Shown here piece by piece: positions 19,868-29,998 of a DNA stretch of 64,000 nucleotides. How positions within the stretch are numbered: the first letter of the stretch is position 1; every line of letters starts with the position of its first letter. The notes under the pieces are model-generated. The model was given only the letters and a program-made list of their open reading frames with translations. It searched no databases and had not been told where the DNA came from. The position numbers and the translations under genes are program-made. The DNA comes from Chlorobiaceae bacterium (GTDB lineage: Bacteria > Bacteroidota > Chlorobiia > Chlorobiales > Chlorobiaceae), in NCBI GenBank assembly GCA_013334335.1, contig JAAXXR010000001.1, forward strand, positions 33,688 to 97,687. Direction: 5' to 3'.

Positions 19868-22726
19868 TCACTCCTTTCCGATATAGAAGGTCGACTCGTC
19901 CGGCCGGAACGGACGGTTCATCCAGAGCGGCCGGCGCAAGCCGCCGGGTCCCGGGGCCGGCCGGGTCAAGGCGAGCCACTCCTTGTAGATCGCGAATGAT
20001 CGTTCGGTGTCGACGAAGACATCCCCGTAGAGATCCCCCTCGTGGGCCTTTTCGATCCGGACCTTCTGGTGCCAGCAGTGCATGCCGCTGATCGGATCGG
20101 GATGGACCGGAAAGGTGATGTTCTGATGTACGCCGCCGTCTGACCAGAAGATCCTCGACGTATCGGGGTCTTTGCTCTCGAAGGGCGTGATGCTCTCGTC
20201 GACGCGCATCTTCCACTTCCCTTTCCCCTCACGGGAGATGCTCACCTTGTTGGTGGACCAGCGATTGCAGTTCGGGTCCTGTTCCCGGCGCCAACGGCCG
20301 ATGTGGTGCGAGCAGGCGACCACGCCCGGCCTGATGCCTTCAGTGACCCAGGCCCGGTTGATGAAGTAGCCGATGTCGGTATTCACCCTGATCAGCTCCC
20401 CGTTCAGGATCCCCAAAGATGCCGCATCGGCAACGCTGATCCAGACCGGGTTCCGGTTGGCAATTTCGGTCAGCCACTTTGAGTTGCCGGAACGGGAATG
20501 GATCAGCACCGGCAGGCGGAAGGTCGGTACGAGAACGAATTCGCCCTTCCCGTGGTCCATGGTCTCTTCGTGAATGTGGCTCTTGATGTAACCCGGTATC
20601 CGGTACTCGGGCCACTTCCAGTCAACCATGGTCTGCGAATAGAACTCCTGCTTCCTCGACGGGGTCGGAAAGCCTGTACACGCCTTACCCTCCACCTCGA
20701 CGCCGACGCTTTTACCGTTCTTGCTGATCAACCCGCTTCCGGGCTCGACCGACGTCCCTTCGAGGTCGGCGGTGGAGAGCGGTTTCTCGTTCACGTCGTA
20801 GACCTTGCTTTCGACCTCGAACGCACCGTACTTCTGCATGTAGCCGAGCGGGTCGAGCCCCTCCGCGGCGGCAGCTTCCGGAAGCTTCGGCACCCGCTCG
20901 AAGATATAGCGGTAGTACTCTTCGATGGTGATCTTCTCGCCTGGACGGTAGGGAGACTCGCAGTACTGCCTGATGCCCATCTTGCCATCCGGGTCGATGC
21001 GCCAGGTCAGTTCGATCCAGAACTCGTCCTCTTCCCATACTTCACCCACATTGGCCTGCCAGGTGAACTCGATCTTCTCGCCCATCTTCTTTTTCGCCAC
21101 GCGAAGCACCGGCTGGCGGAATGCGATCCATTTGCCGGCGTGGGTCTCGTAGCTGATGAGGTCGTGCCGTTCCGGAGCGTGACCCATCGGCAGCACATAG
21201 TCGGCGAAATAGGCGGTCTCGCTCCAGGTCGGGGTGAGGGCGGCATGCAGGCCGATTTTCGATTCATCCTCGAGGGCCTCGATCCAGGAGAAGCCGTCCG
21301 GATAGGTCCAGACCGGATTGAACACCCTGGTGAAATAGACGTCGAGCTTGCCACGCCCCTCCTTGAGGAAGTGCGGTAGCAGGAAGCTCATCTCGAAATG
21401 GGCGAGCGGATAGTCGTTCGGCAGGTGCAGCTCGTTCCAATAGGTCTGAGGTTTCGGTTCGGCAGGCGTATGCGGTTTGTACTTGTTCCAGGCGCTCGGG
21501 GCGGTGCCGCCGACCGTGCCGACGCTGCCGGTCAGGACGTTCAGGAAGTGCAGGGTGCGCGACACCTCCCATCCACCGAGGTTGGCGCTGCTGGCGCTGC
21601 GCCAGACATGGGTCGAGAACTGCGTCCCGGCCTCGCCGATCTTGCGCGCCACCTCGACGACGGTGGCTGCAGGAACGCCGCTCTCCTTTTCGGCATACTC
21701 GGGAGTGTATGCGGCGTACTCCTTTTTCAGCGCCTCGATAAAGTTTTCGAAAAGCAACGGGGTACCGGGGTACTCGGCCTGGAGGTAGGCCTGCCAGTTC
21801 ACCCAGTGCTCGAGGTAATCGCGGTTGTACAGCCCTTCGTCGATGATCACCTTTGCCATGGAGAGCAGCACCGCCGGCTCGGTGCCGGGATAGCTCGTCA
21901 TCCAGTAATCCGACATGCTGGCCGTGTTCGAGAGCCTCGGATCGAGCACGGCAAGCTTGGCCCCTTTCATCCGCGCCTCGATGATGCGCTGGGAGTGGGG
22001 GTTGAAGTAGTGGCCCGATTCAAGATGAGCGCTGATCAGCAGGATGAAACGGGCATTGGCATGGTCGGGCGATGGACGGTCAAAGCCCTCCCAAAGGGCA
22101 TAACCGAACCTTGCCCCGGATGAACAGATGTTGGTGTGGCTGTTGTGCCCGTCCACGTTCCATGCACGGAGCACCCACTCCATGAACCCTTCATGGCCGG
22201 GGCGGCCGACATGGTAGGATATCTCGTTGTTGCGTCCCTCCAGGATGGCCTTCCGCATCCTCGCGGCGATGTCGTCGAGTGCGCGGTCCCAGGTTATCCG
22301 CTCCCACGCCCCTGCGCCTCGCTCGCCAACCCGTTTCATGGGATAGAGCACCCGGTCCTGGTCCTCGACCTGGTTGAGGGTGGCCGGCCCCTTGGCGCAG
22401 TTGCGCCCGCGACTGGCGGGATGGTAGGGGTTTCCGACCATCTTTCGCATGGTCATGGTCTCTTTGTCGACGTAGGTCAACAGGCCGCATCCGGCTTCGC
22501 AGTTGAAGCAGGCGGTCGGAACGAGCATGTAGGCGTTTTCTTTGCGTTCCGGCCAGCTCTTCGAATCCAGTTCGACCCAGTGGTCCCACGTTTCAGGCGG
22601 CGGGCATGCGACCTCTGCACCGCACGAAGCGGGGGTTGCGGTCGATTCGCCCGCATGCAGGTCGGGAATGATCTTCAGTTTTTCGGCGAAGGACTCTATG
22701 ATGGACGGTTTATGCTGGTAGCTCAT
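19868..22726 (-). CDS. Molybdopterin (DMSO-reductase family) oxidoreductase catalytic subunit, SoeA/PSRLC3-like, no Tat signal
   Basis: 952 aa from MSYQHK. N-terminal FeS motif CFNCEAGCG...C. No RRxF twin-arginine leader. Confidence 0.85.
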   Translation of the reverse strand: MSYQHKPSIIESFAEKLKIIPDLHAGESTATPASCGAEVACPPPETWDHWVELDSKSWPERKENAYMLVPTACFNCEAGCGLLTYVDKETMTMRKMVGNPYHPASRGRNCAKGPATLNQVEDQDRVLYPMKRVGERGAGAWERITWDRALDDIAARMRKAILEGRNNEISYHVGRPGHEGFMEWVLRAWNVDGHNSHTNICSSGARFGYALWEGFDRPSPDHANARFILLISAHLESGHYFNPHSQRIIEARMKGAKLAVLDPRLSNTASMSDYWMTSYPGTEPAVLLSMAKVIIDEGLYNRDYLEHWVNWQAYLQAEYPGTPLLFENFIEALKKEYAAYTPEYAEKESGVPAATVVEVARKIGEAGTQFSTHVWRSASSANLGGWEVSRTLHFLNVLTGSVGTVGGTAPSAWNKYKPHTPAEPKPQTYWNELHLPNDYPLAHFEMSFLLPHFLKEGRGKLDVYFTRVFNPVWTYPDGFSWIEALEDESKIGLHAALTPTWSETAYFADYVLPMGHAPERHDLISYETHAGKWIAFRQPVLRVAKKKMGEKIEFTWQANVGEVWEEDEFWIELTWRIDPDGKMGIRQYCESPYRPGEKITIEEYYRYIFERVPKLPEAAAAEGLDPLGYMQKYGAFEVESKVYDVNEKPLSTADLEGTSVEPGSGLISKNGKSVGVEVEGKACTGFPTPSRKQEFYSQTMVDWKWPEYRIPGYIKSHIHEETMDHGKGEFVLVPTFRLPVLIHSRSGNSKWLTEIANRNPVWISVADAASLGILNGELIRVNTDIGYFINRAWVTEGIRPGVVACSHHIGRWRREQDPNCNRWSTNKVSISREGKGKWKMRVDESITPFESKDPDTSRIFWSDGGVHQNITFPVHPDPISGMHCWHQKVRIEKAHEGDLYGDVFVDTERSFAIYKEWLALTRPAPGPGGLRRPLWMNRPFRPDESTFYIGKE

Positions 22727-22749
22727 GGTCGTATCGGTATTGCACGGTT

Positions 22750-24321
22750 TTAGCTTAAAGGAACTGACTGCGGGGCCAGGACCCACACCTTTTCGGTAAA
22801 GAAGACGCCGGCAAGGCCCAGGAGGGCGGCAAGCGCCAGCAGGGCCGGGTCAGGGGAAACGAGGGCCGCCAGGAGCGGCAGCAGGTTGCCCATCACGACG
22901 CTGCCGCCCCAGAACTGCTGCCGGAGGGCGCCATGCCTGATAATATCGGCGGCACGGCCGGAAGATGCGGAGGGGTGCTTGCCGTAGAGTTCAACGCCCA
23001 TGATCGCCAGGTGCAGGACGAAGCTGACGGCGAGCAGCATCCTGACGGCTCCGGCAACCGCCTCGTCCATGCCGGTTGCGAACCCGGCCAAAGCCATGGC
23101 CGAACCACCCGCGATCAGCGAGTTGACCAGCATATGCAGCGAGAGCAGCGGACTCTGCCAGAAGTCCCGCCCTTTGGCCGAGCCGAACAGGAATGCGGTG
23201 TAGACCGCCGTGACGAGCGCAAGCAGGGCCCCGCCCCAAAGCGCCGCTGTTTCAACAGCCGGAAGAGCAAAAAACCTGCCCGCCCCCCAGAGGGCGAGAA
23301 ACGCTCCGAAACCGGTGATGGTATAGCCGCCACGCACCAGCCAGGAACCGAACTGGGGACGAAGCATAACCGAAACGAAACGGTCCGGACGATCAAGGTC
23401 CTTGACCAGCAGGCCGCCAGTCAGCGACAGGAAAAGCAGCGATACGCCCCAGGCCGCCCACTGGAGTGTGTCGGGCAGCGACAGACCCATGACAGCAGTC
23501 AGGACGAAAAGGAGAAGGAAGGTTCCCGCGGAGACGGCCTTCGACCATACATAAGCAGGAACCTCCCAGCCCCAGACCGCTCCTTTCGATGGTGCATCGT
23601 AGACCCTTCGGGCGAAGGTGGAACTTCCCTTGATCGCCTGGGGGGGCTGCTGGGCAGGGGCTCCGTGGTGCGACGAATCGCCGTCAAGGCAATATTTGGC
23701 AAAATGGCCGACCCCCCTGGACTGGGAGCTCCAGTGGTACGCCTGTGCGGGCGGCGCCATCATCGGGTCGAGCGAAGCTCCGTCGCCATTGATATAGAAC
23801 AGTTTTGGCCTCGTACCCTTTTCAGGCCTCCGCACCATGGTCTTCTCGGTAGAGACCAAGAGCGAGATGGGGCTCGATGGATCGTCCAGATCGCCCGAAA
23901 CGATCGCCTGCTGTGGGCAGATGGCCACGCACGCAGGCTTCAGGCCAACCTCCTTGCGGTGTGCGCAGTAGTTGCACTTCGCCGAGGTTTTGGTTTCGGG
24001 ATCGATGTAGAGCGCACCGTAGGGACAGGCCTGTCCGCAGGCCTTGCAGCCGATGCAGCGGCGTGCATCGAAATCGACGATACCGTCCTCCCGCCTGTGG
24101 AGAGCCTCGACCGGACAGATATCGACACAGGGGGGTTCTTCACAGTGGTTACAGCGCAGGACCGTAAAATGCCTGCGGGTATTGGGGAAGCTCCCCTTTT
24201 CGACATACTTGACCCAGGTCCGGTTCACCCCCAGAGGCACCTCGTTCTCCGATTTGCATGCCACCGTGCAGGCATGGCATCCGATGCACTTGCGTGCGTC
24301 GATTACGAAACCATAATTCAT
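22750..24321 (-). CDS. Fused 4x[4Fe-4S] ferredoxin + NrfD/PsrC-like membrane subunit (SoeB-SoeC fusion type)
   Basis: CIGCHACTVAC, CNHCEEPPC, CIGCKACGQAC and CNYC..CVAIC, followed by about 8 TM helices. No signal peptide. Confidence 0.85.
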   Translation of the reverse strand: MNYGFVIDARKCIGCHACTVACKSENEVPLGVNRTWVKYVEKGSFPNTRRHFTVLRCNHCEEPPCVDICPVEALHRREDGIVDFDARRCIGCKACGQACPYGALYIDPETKTSAKCNYCAHRKEVGLKPACVAICPQQAIVSGDLDDPSSPISLLVSTEKTMVRRPEKGTRPKLFYINGDGASLDPMMAPPAQAYHWSSQSRGVGHFAKYCLDGDSSHHGAPAQQPPQAIKGSSTFARRVYDAPSKGAVWGWEVPAYVWSKAVSAGTFLLLFVLTAVMGLSLPDTLQWAAWGVSLLFLSLTGGLLVKDLDRPDRFVSVMLRPQFGSWLVRGGYTITGFGAFLALWGAGRFFALPAVETAALWGGALLALVTAVYTAFLFGSAKGRDFWQSPLLSLHMLVNSLIAGGSAMALAGFATGMDEAVAGAVRMLLAVSFVLHLAIMGVELYGKHPSASSGRAADIIRHGALRQQFWGGSVVMGNLLPLLAALVSPDPALLALAALLGLAGVFFTEKVWVLAPQSVPLS

Positions 24322-24677
24322 GGACAGGTTTGCTCTAATATTTTATGACATATATACCGATTCAAAAGCAGGAAGGTCCTTGTGGAGCTCACCTCCCTCA
24401 ACGGGCTGCAGTGCAGCAAAATCAGAGCCGGGAAGTACCCTCCCGGCCCAATGTCATCCGAACGGCAAGCACCGCCCGGATGCAAAAACCCTGAGACAGC
24501 CAGCAGGTTGCTTGCTGACCGGACATGAAACATGCACTACCGCTGATCGCCGGCTGAGGACGGGTTCCCGCAGGAAAACACCGAACCTTCAGCGACCGGC
24601 ACGACAGTTTCAGGGATCGAAAGGAAGCAAAAAGAGGATTCGGAGAGTCATACAGAGCACAAACCACACCGCATGCC

Positions 24678-24699
24678 TATATAACTAACCAGTAATATA
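24678..24699 (-). promoter_or_regulatory. 22-bp AT-only imperfect palindrome (copy A) upstream of the soe-like operon
   Basis: TATATAACTAacCAGTAATATA, 20/22 identical to 49508-49529. Confidence 0.55.
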
Positions 24700-24960
24700 T
24701 TAACACATGCAATCGAAACTCGCAAACAAATTCATCCCGGAGGGCAACTTTCGATAACATGCGTTAACAAGAGATATATCGGCTCATAACAATACCTTAA
24801 CTTTCGTCATAATGCTGGCTGGGCTGGAGGAAAATGCAGAAAAAAACGAATGGCAGGATTATTTTCCTGCTGTGAGTCCTATTTTACGGTATCGTCTGAA
24901 GGCCAACGCACGGCATGACAACAGGATGTTTTCCTGTAACCCTAAAAAAACCATAGTACC

Positions 24961-25173
24961 ATGAGCGCACACATCTATAAGAAAATCGAGGTCGTCGGCT
25001 CTTCCCCGACCAGCATCGAGGAGGCCGTCAACAATGCCGTTGCCAAGGCTTCCGAGTCGGTCAGGAACATCCGCTGGGTCGAGATCGTCGAAACCCGCTG
25101 CCATGTGGAAAACCAGAAAATCGCGTACTGGCAGGTAACGGTGAAAATCGGCTTCACGCTTGACGAGAACTGA
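24961..25173 (+). CDS. Dodecin (flavin-binding) family protein
   Basis: 70 aa. YKKIEVVGSSPTSIEEAVNNAV....WQVTVKIGF is typical of dodecin. Confidence 0.8.
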   Translation: MSAHIYKKIEVVGSSPTSIEEAVNNAVAKASESVRNIRWVEIVETRCHVENQKIAYWQVTVKIGFTLDEN

Positions 25174-25204
25174 CCCTCCGGCCTTACGCCGGTCAGGAAC
25201 GTTA

Positions 25205-25256
25205 AACAGAGAAGAGGCTGCCCTGCCATTAACATCAGGACAGCCTCTTCTCTGTT
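25205..25256. repeat. 16-bp perfect inverted repeat
   Basis: aacagagaagaggctg ...20 nt... cagcctcttctctgtt. No U-run. Confidence 0.7.
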
Positions 25257-25278
25257 GATGCGAAGCGCAGTCAGGAAT

Positions 25279-25306
25279 AAAAAAACGGGCCCGAAAGCCC
25301 GTTTTT
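25279..25306. terminator. Bidirectional rho-independent terminator (dodecin / pckG)
   Basis: aaaaaaacgggc-ccgaaa-gcccgttttt, with an A-run and a T-run flanking the stem. Confidence 0.8.
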
Positions 25307-25328
25307 ACATAAACCAGTCCGTCAGCCC

Positions 25329-27194
25329 CTAGTGCTCGGCAGCATAGCGCTCGGGCGCCAGCGCCCAGTGCTCGGGTGACATCCAGAGCGTCGAAAGCAT
25401 CAGTTCGCGGATGTGCGTGAACTCCTTGGGCAGCTTGTCATAAAGCTTCTCGAGCAGCTCCTCGTGAGAGAAGAGCTCCTGCTTCCAGGCCTCGCGGTCG
25501 ACCGACATGAGCTTGGTGAACTGCTCGAAGGTGAAATCATCGAGCCCGCGCCAGTCGAGCGACTCGTACTTCGGCATCCAGCCCAGCGGGCTTTCAACCG
25601 CGGCCGCCCGGCCGTGCACCCTGCCGATGATCCACTTGAGCACGCGCATGTTGTCGCCGAATCCCGGCCAGAGGAACTTGCCGTTCTCGTCCTTGCGGAA
25701 CCAGTTGACACCGAAGATCCTCGGTGGCTCGGCAAGGGTCCTGCCGATCTGGAGCCAGTGGTTGAAATAGTCGCCCATATGGTAGCCGCAGAACGGGATC
25801 ATGGCAAAGGGGTCGCGACGGACGTCGCCGATTTTGCCTGCCGCCGCAGCGGTCTTCTCGGAACCCATCGTGGCGGCAAGGTAAACGCCGTAATACCAGT
25901 TCGCCGACTGGTAGACCAGCGGAATGGTGTCGCCGCGCCGACCGCCGAAGATGAACGCCGAAATCGGCACACCTTCGGGGTTCTCCCAGCCGGAATCGAT
26001 CGAGGGGCACTGGCTTGCCGGCGAGGTGAACCGTGCGTTCGGGTGCGCCGCAGGACGGCCACAATCCGGAGTCCAGGGCTTGCCCTGCCAGTCGATGAGC
26101 GACGGTGGCGGCTCCTTGGTCATATCCTCCCACCAGACGTCGCCCTCGGGGGTCAGCGCGACATTGGTGAAAATGCAGTTGGCGTAGAGGGTGGCCATGG
26201 CGTTCGGGTTGCTCTTCACCGAGGTGCCGGGAGCGACACCGAAGAAACCGTACTCCGGGTTGATCGCGTGCAGGCGTCCATCCTTGCCGGGCTTGATCCA
26301 GGCGATATCGTCGCCGATGGTGGTGATCTTCCACCCCTCCATCTCCGTCGGCGGGATCATCATGGCGAAGTTGGTCTTGCCGCAGGCGCTCGGGAACGCG
26401 GCGCCCACGTAGTCCTTCTCTCCATCAGGGGACTCGACGCCGAGGATCAGCATGTGCTCGGCGAGCCACCCTTCGTCACGCGCCATCGACGATGCGATGC
26501 GCAAGGCGAAGCACTTCTTGCCAAGCAGGGCGTTGCCGCCGTAACCGCTGCCGAAAGAGATGATCGAGCGATCTTCCGGGAAGTGGACGATGTACTTGGT
26601 ATCGTTGCAGGGCCACGGAACATCCGCCTGGCCGGGCTCGAGCGGAGCGCCGACCGAGTGGAGGCATGGCACGAACTCCGACTCCTCGCCGAGGAGCTCC
26701 ATGACGTCACGACCCATCCGGGTCATGATGCGCATGTTGGTCACGACATAGGGTGAATCGGTGATTTCAACGCCGATATGCGAAATGTGCGATCCGAGCG
26801 GGCCCATGCTGAACGGGATGATGTACATGGTACGCCCCTTCATACAGCCGTCGAACAGCTTGTTCAGGGTGGCTTTCATCTCCTTGGGGGCGACCCAGTT
26901 GTTGGTCGGCCCTGCATCCTGCTTGCGCCGGCTGCAGATATAGGTCCTGTCCTCGACCCTGGCGACATCGCTGGGGTCCGAACGGCAGAGGTAGCTGTTC
27001 GGGCGTATCGTTTCGGACAGCTTGATGAAGGTGCCGCTGTTGACCATTTCCCCGCACAGACGGTCGTACTCCTCCTGTGAACCGTCGCACCAGTAAATGG
27101 AATCAGGCTGGCATAACTCCGCCGTTTCCTTGACCCATTGCAGGAGTTTCCGGTTCCTGACATAAGCAGGAGGATTAAGTGGGATCGGTTCCAT
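25329..27194 (-). CDS. pckG: Phosphoenolpyruvate carboxykinase (GTP)
   Basis: 621 aa. [14 protein letters not shown] kinase-1a motif and the [10 protein letters not shown]-loop. Confidence 0.92.
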   Translation of the reverse strand: MEPIPLNPPAYVRNRKLLQWVKETAELCQPDSIYWCDGSQEEYDRLCGEMVNSGTFIKLSETIRPNSYLCRSDPSDVARVEDRTYICSRRKQDAGPTNNWVAPKEMKATLNKLFDGCMKGRTMYIIPFSMGPLGSHISHIGVEITDSPYVVTNMRIMTRMGRDVMELLGEESEFVPCLHSVGAPLEPGQADVPWPCNDTKYIVHFPEDRSIISFGSGYGGNALLGKKCFALRIASSMARDEGWLAEHMLILGVESPDGEKDYVGAAFPSACGKTNFAMMIPPTEMEGWKITTIGDDIAWIKPGKDGRLHAINPEYGFFGVAPGTSVKSNPNAMATLYANCIFTNVALTPEGDVWWEDMTKEPPPSLIDWQGKPWTPDCGRPAAHPNARFTSPASQCPSIDSGWENPEGVPISAFIFGGRRGDTIPLVYQSANWYYGVYLAATMGSEKTAAAAGKIGDVRRDPFAMIPFCGYHMGDYFNHWLQIGRTLAEPPRIFGVNWFRKDENGKFLWPGFGDNMRVLKWIIGRVHGRAAAVESPLGWMPKYESLDWRGLDDFTFEQFTKLMSVDREAWKQELFSHEELLEKLYDKLPKEFTHIRELMLSTLWMSPEHWALAPERYAAEH

Positions 27195-27244
27195 AATGAT
27201 AATTATCGGTTAATATGATTGGCTGAATCAAGGGAGAAAACGAT

Positions 27245-27274
27245 GCGCCCCGGCAGGATGATCCTCCGGGGCGT
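27245..27274 (-). terminator. Terminator after the tlpA-like gene
   Basis: gcgccccgg...ccggggcg stem, followed on the minus strand by cgttttctc. Confidence 0.55.
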
Positions 27275-27339
27275 CCAAAATGAAGATGCTTGTCGATTGT
27301 CGAGGGATGTGGGCATGAATGAAGGCATTGCAGCAGTCA

Positions 27340-27873
27340 TCACTTGGCCTGTTTCCTGGCAATCGAGTTGCCGATGATCTGCTCGAATGCGGCCTTGCTC
27401 CGCGGCCCGACGATCACATTGGTCAGGTTGCCTGCCGCATCGACGACGAAGGTGGTGGGGATCCCGCTGATTCCCCCTTCGACATAGCGGTTATAGGTCT
27501 GGACGAGCGTCGGCGTGGCCATAATCACCGGATAGTTGATGCCGTTGCTCTTGATGAAACCCTTCACCGAAGGCTCGGTCTCATTGACCGCAATGCCGAT
27601 AAAGGTGAACCCCCTGGACTCCCATGCTCTCTGCACCAACACCATGTCGGGAATCTCGGCGCGGCAGGGAGGACACCAGGTGGCAAAGAAATTCACGATA
27701 TAGGCCTTGCCTTTCAGATTGGCCGAAGAGATGGTCCTGCCGTCCAGGGCAACCGCGGAGAATGCAGGGGCCTTGACCGGCGCCGCCATCGCACGGGTCG
27801 AAACCATCAGGTTCGACACGATGAACACCAGCACCAGCAGAAGGACGCTCGTTCGGGACATGTTTTTTTTCAT
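27340..27873 (-). CDS. TlpA/ResA-family periplasmic thiol:disulfide oxidoreductase
   Basis: Signal anchor plus the WCPPC active site. Confidence 0.85.
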   Translation of the reverse strand: MKKNMSRTSVLLLVLVFIVSNLMVSTRAMAAPVKAPAFSAVALDGRTISSANLKGKAYIVNFFATWCPPCRAEIPDMVLVQRAWESRGFTFIGIAVNETEPSVKGFIKSNGINYPVIMATPTLVQTYNRYVEGGISGIPTTFVVDAAGNLTNVIVGPRSKAAFEQIIGNSIARKQAK

Positions 27874-28065
27874 GGTGGATTCGTTTACGTCTTTACAATG
27901 TAATGAAACTAGTCAATGATGCGTTCGCCCAGCCAATAATAATAGAGTAATCCGGCATTTTTTTCAACCCCCGAGACCCCCTGATTATTCTTTGTGATTT
28001 GAAGATAAATAGACTATATTTTGGCTTTGATTTTATGGCCCGGCCTTACGGCCAGCCGCTTTCAA

Positions 28066-29641
<1,576 letters not shown>

Positions 29642-29655
29642 ACCAACGGTAAGCA

Positions 29656-29922
29656 ATGGCCAGTTCTGACAAAGCCTTAATGATCGACATCGTCACGCCG
29701 CAGAAGCTTTTCTTTTCGGGCGAGGTCACCAGCATCACCGCTCCCGGCCAGGATGGACTCTTCCAGGTCCTGAAAGGCCATGCCCCGCTGCTGGCCGCCC
29801 TTAAGGAGGGCAAGGTGAAACTCTCCCTTCCCGACAAGTCCGTGCAGTCCTTCCAGATTGTCGACGGATTCTTCGAAGTGAGCAACAACAAGGCGATCCT
29901 GCTTACCGAAGAGGTATCCTGA
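29656..29922 (+). CDS. atpC: F1 ATP synthase epsilon subunit, short form (beta-sandwich only)
   Basis: 88 aa with the N-terminal domain motifs (IVTP...F.G....I..PG..G.F.VL..H.PL). No C-terminal helical hairpin. Confidence 0.85.
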   Translation: MASSDKALMIDIVTPQKLFFSGEVTSITAPGQDGLFQVLKGHAPLLAALKEGKVKLSLPDKSVQSFQIVDGFFEVSNNKAILLTEEVS

Positions 29923-29954
29923 CCAGGGCACCCCGGAAGCGTAACCAACCTGAA

Positions 29955-29993
29955 ACATCAGCAGTACCAGCAAGTGCTGCTGATGTTTTTTTT
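29955..29993 (+). terminator. Rho-independent terminator of atpDC
   Basis: acatcagcagtac-cagcaa-gtgctgctgatgt followed by T8. Confidence 0.85.
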
Positions 29994-29998
29994 CGCCC

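Noticed and set aside
24322-24677. Molybdenum-cofactor (Moco) riboswitch in the leader of the molybdoenzyme operon.
   Set aside because: I could not find the conserved Moco-motif core by eye. Only a generic terminator-like hairpin is supportable. It needs a covariance-model scan.
24320-24688. 122-aa plus-strand ORF and 71-aa minus-strand ORF in the soe-dodecin spacer.
   Set aside because: No RBS. Composition is Arg/Ser/Pro-rich. They overlap the predicted leader structure.
24851-24866. Sigma54-like string TGGCAGgattaTTTTC upstream of dodecin.
   Set aside because: The -12 position reads TTTT instead of TTGC. The same bases are better explained as one arm of the CAGGA/TCCTG inverted repeat.
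27195-27225. ATTAACCGATAATTAT just upstream of pckG, resembling ATTACCGATAATATT in the 17820 element.
   Set aside because: It is a short AT-rich match without the CTATATAAC or TTAAAC flanks, and is likely coincidental.
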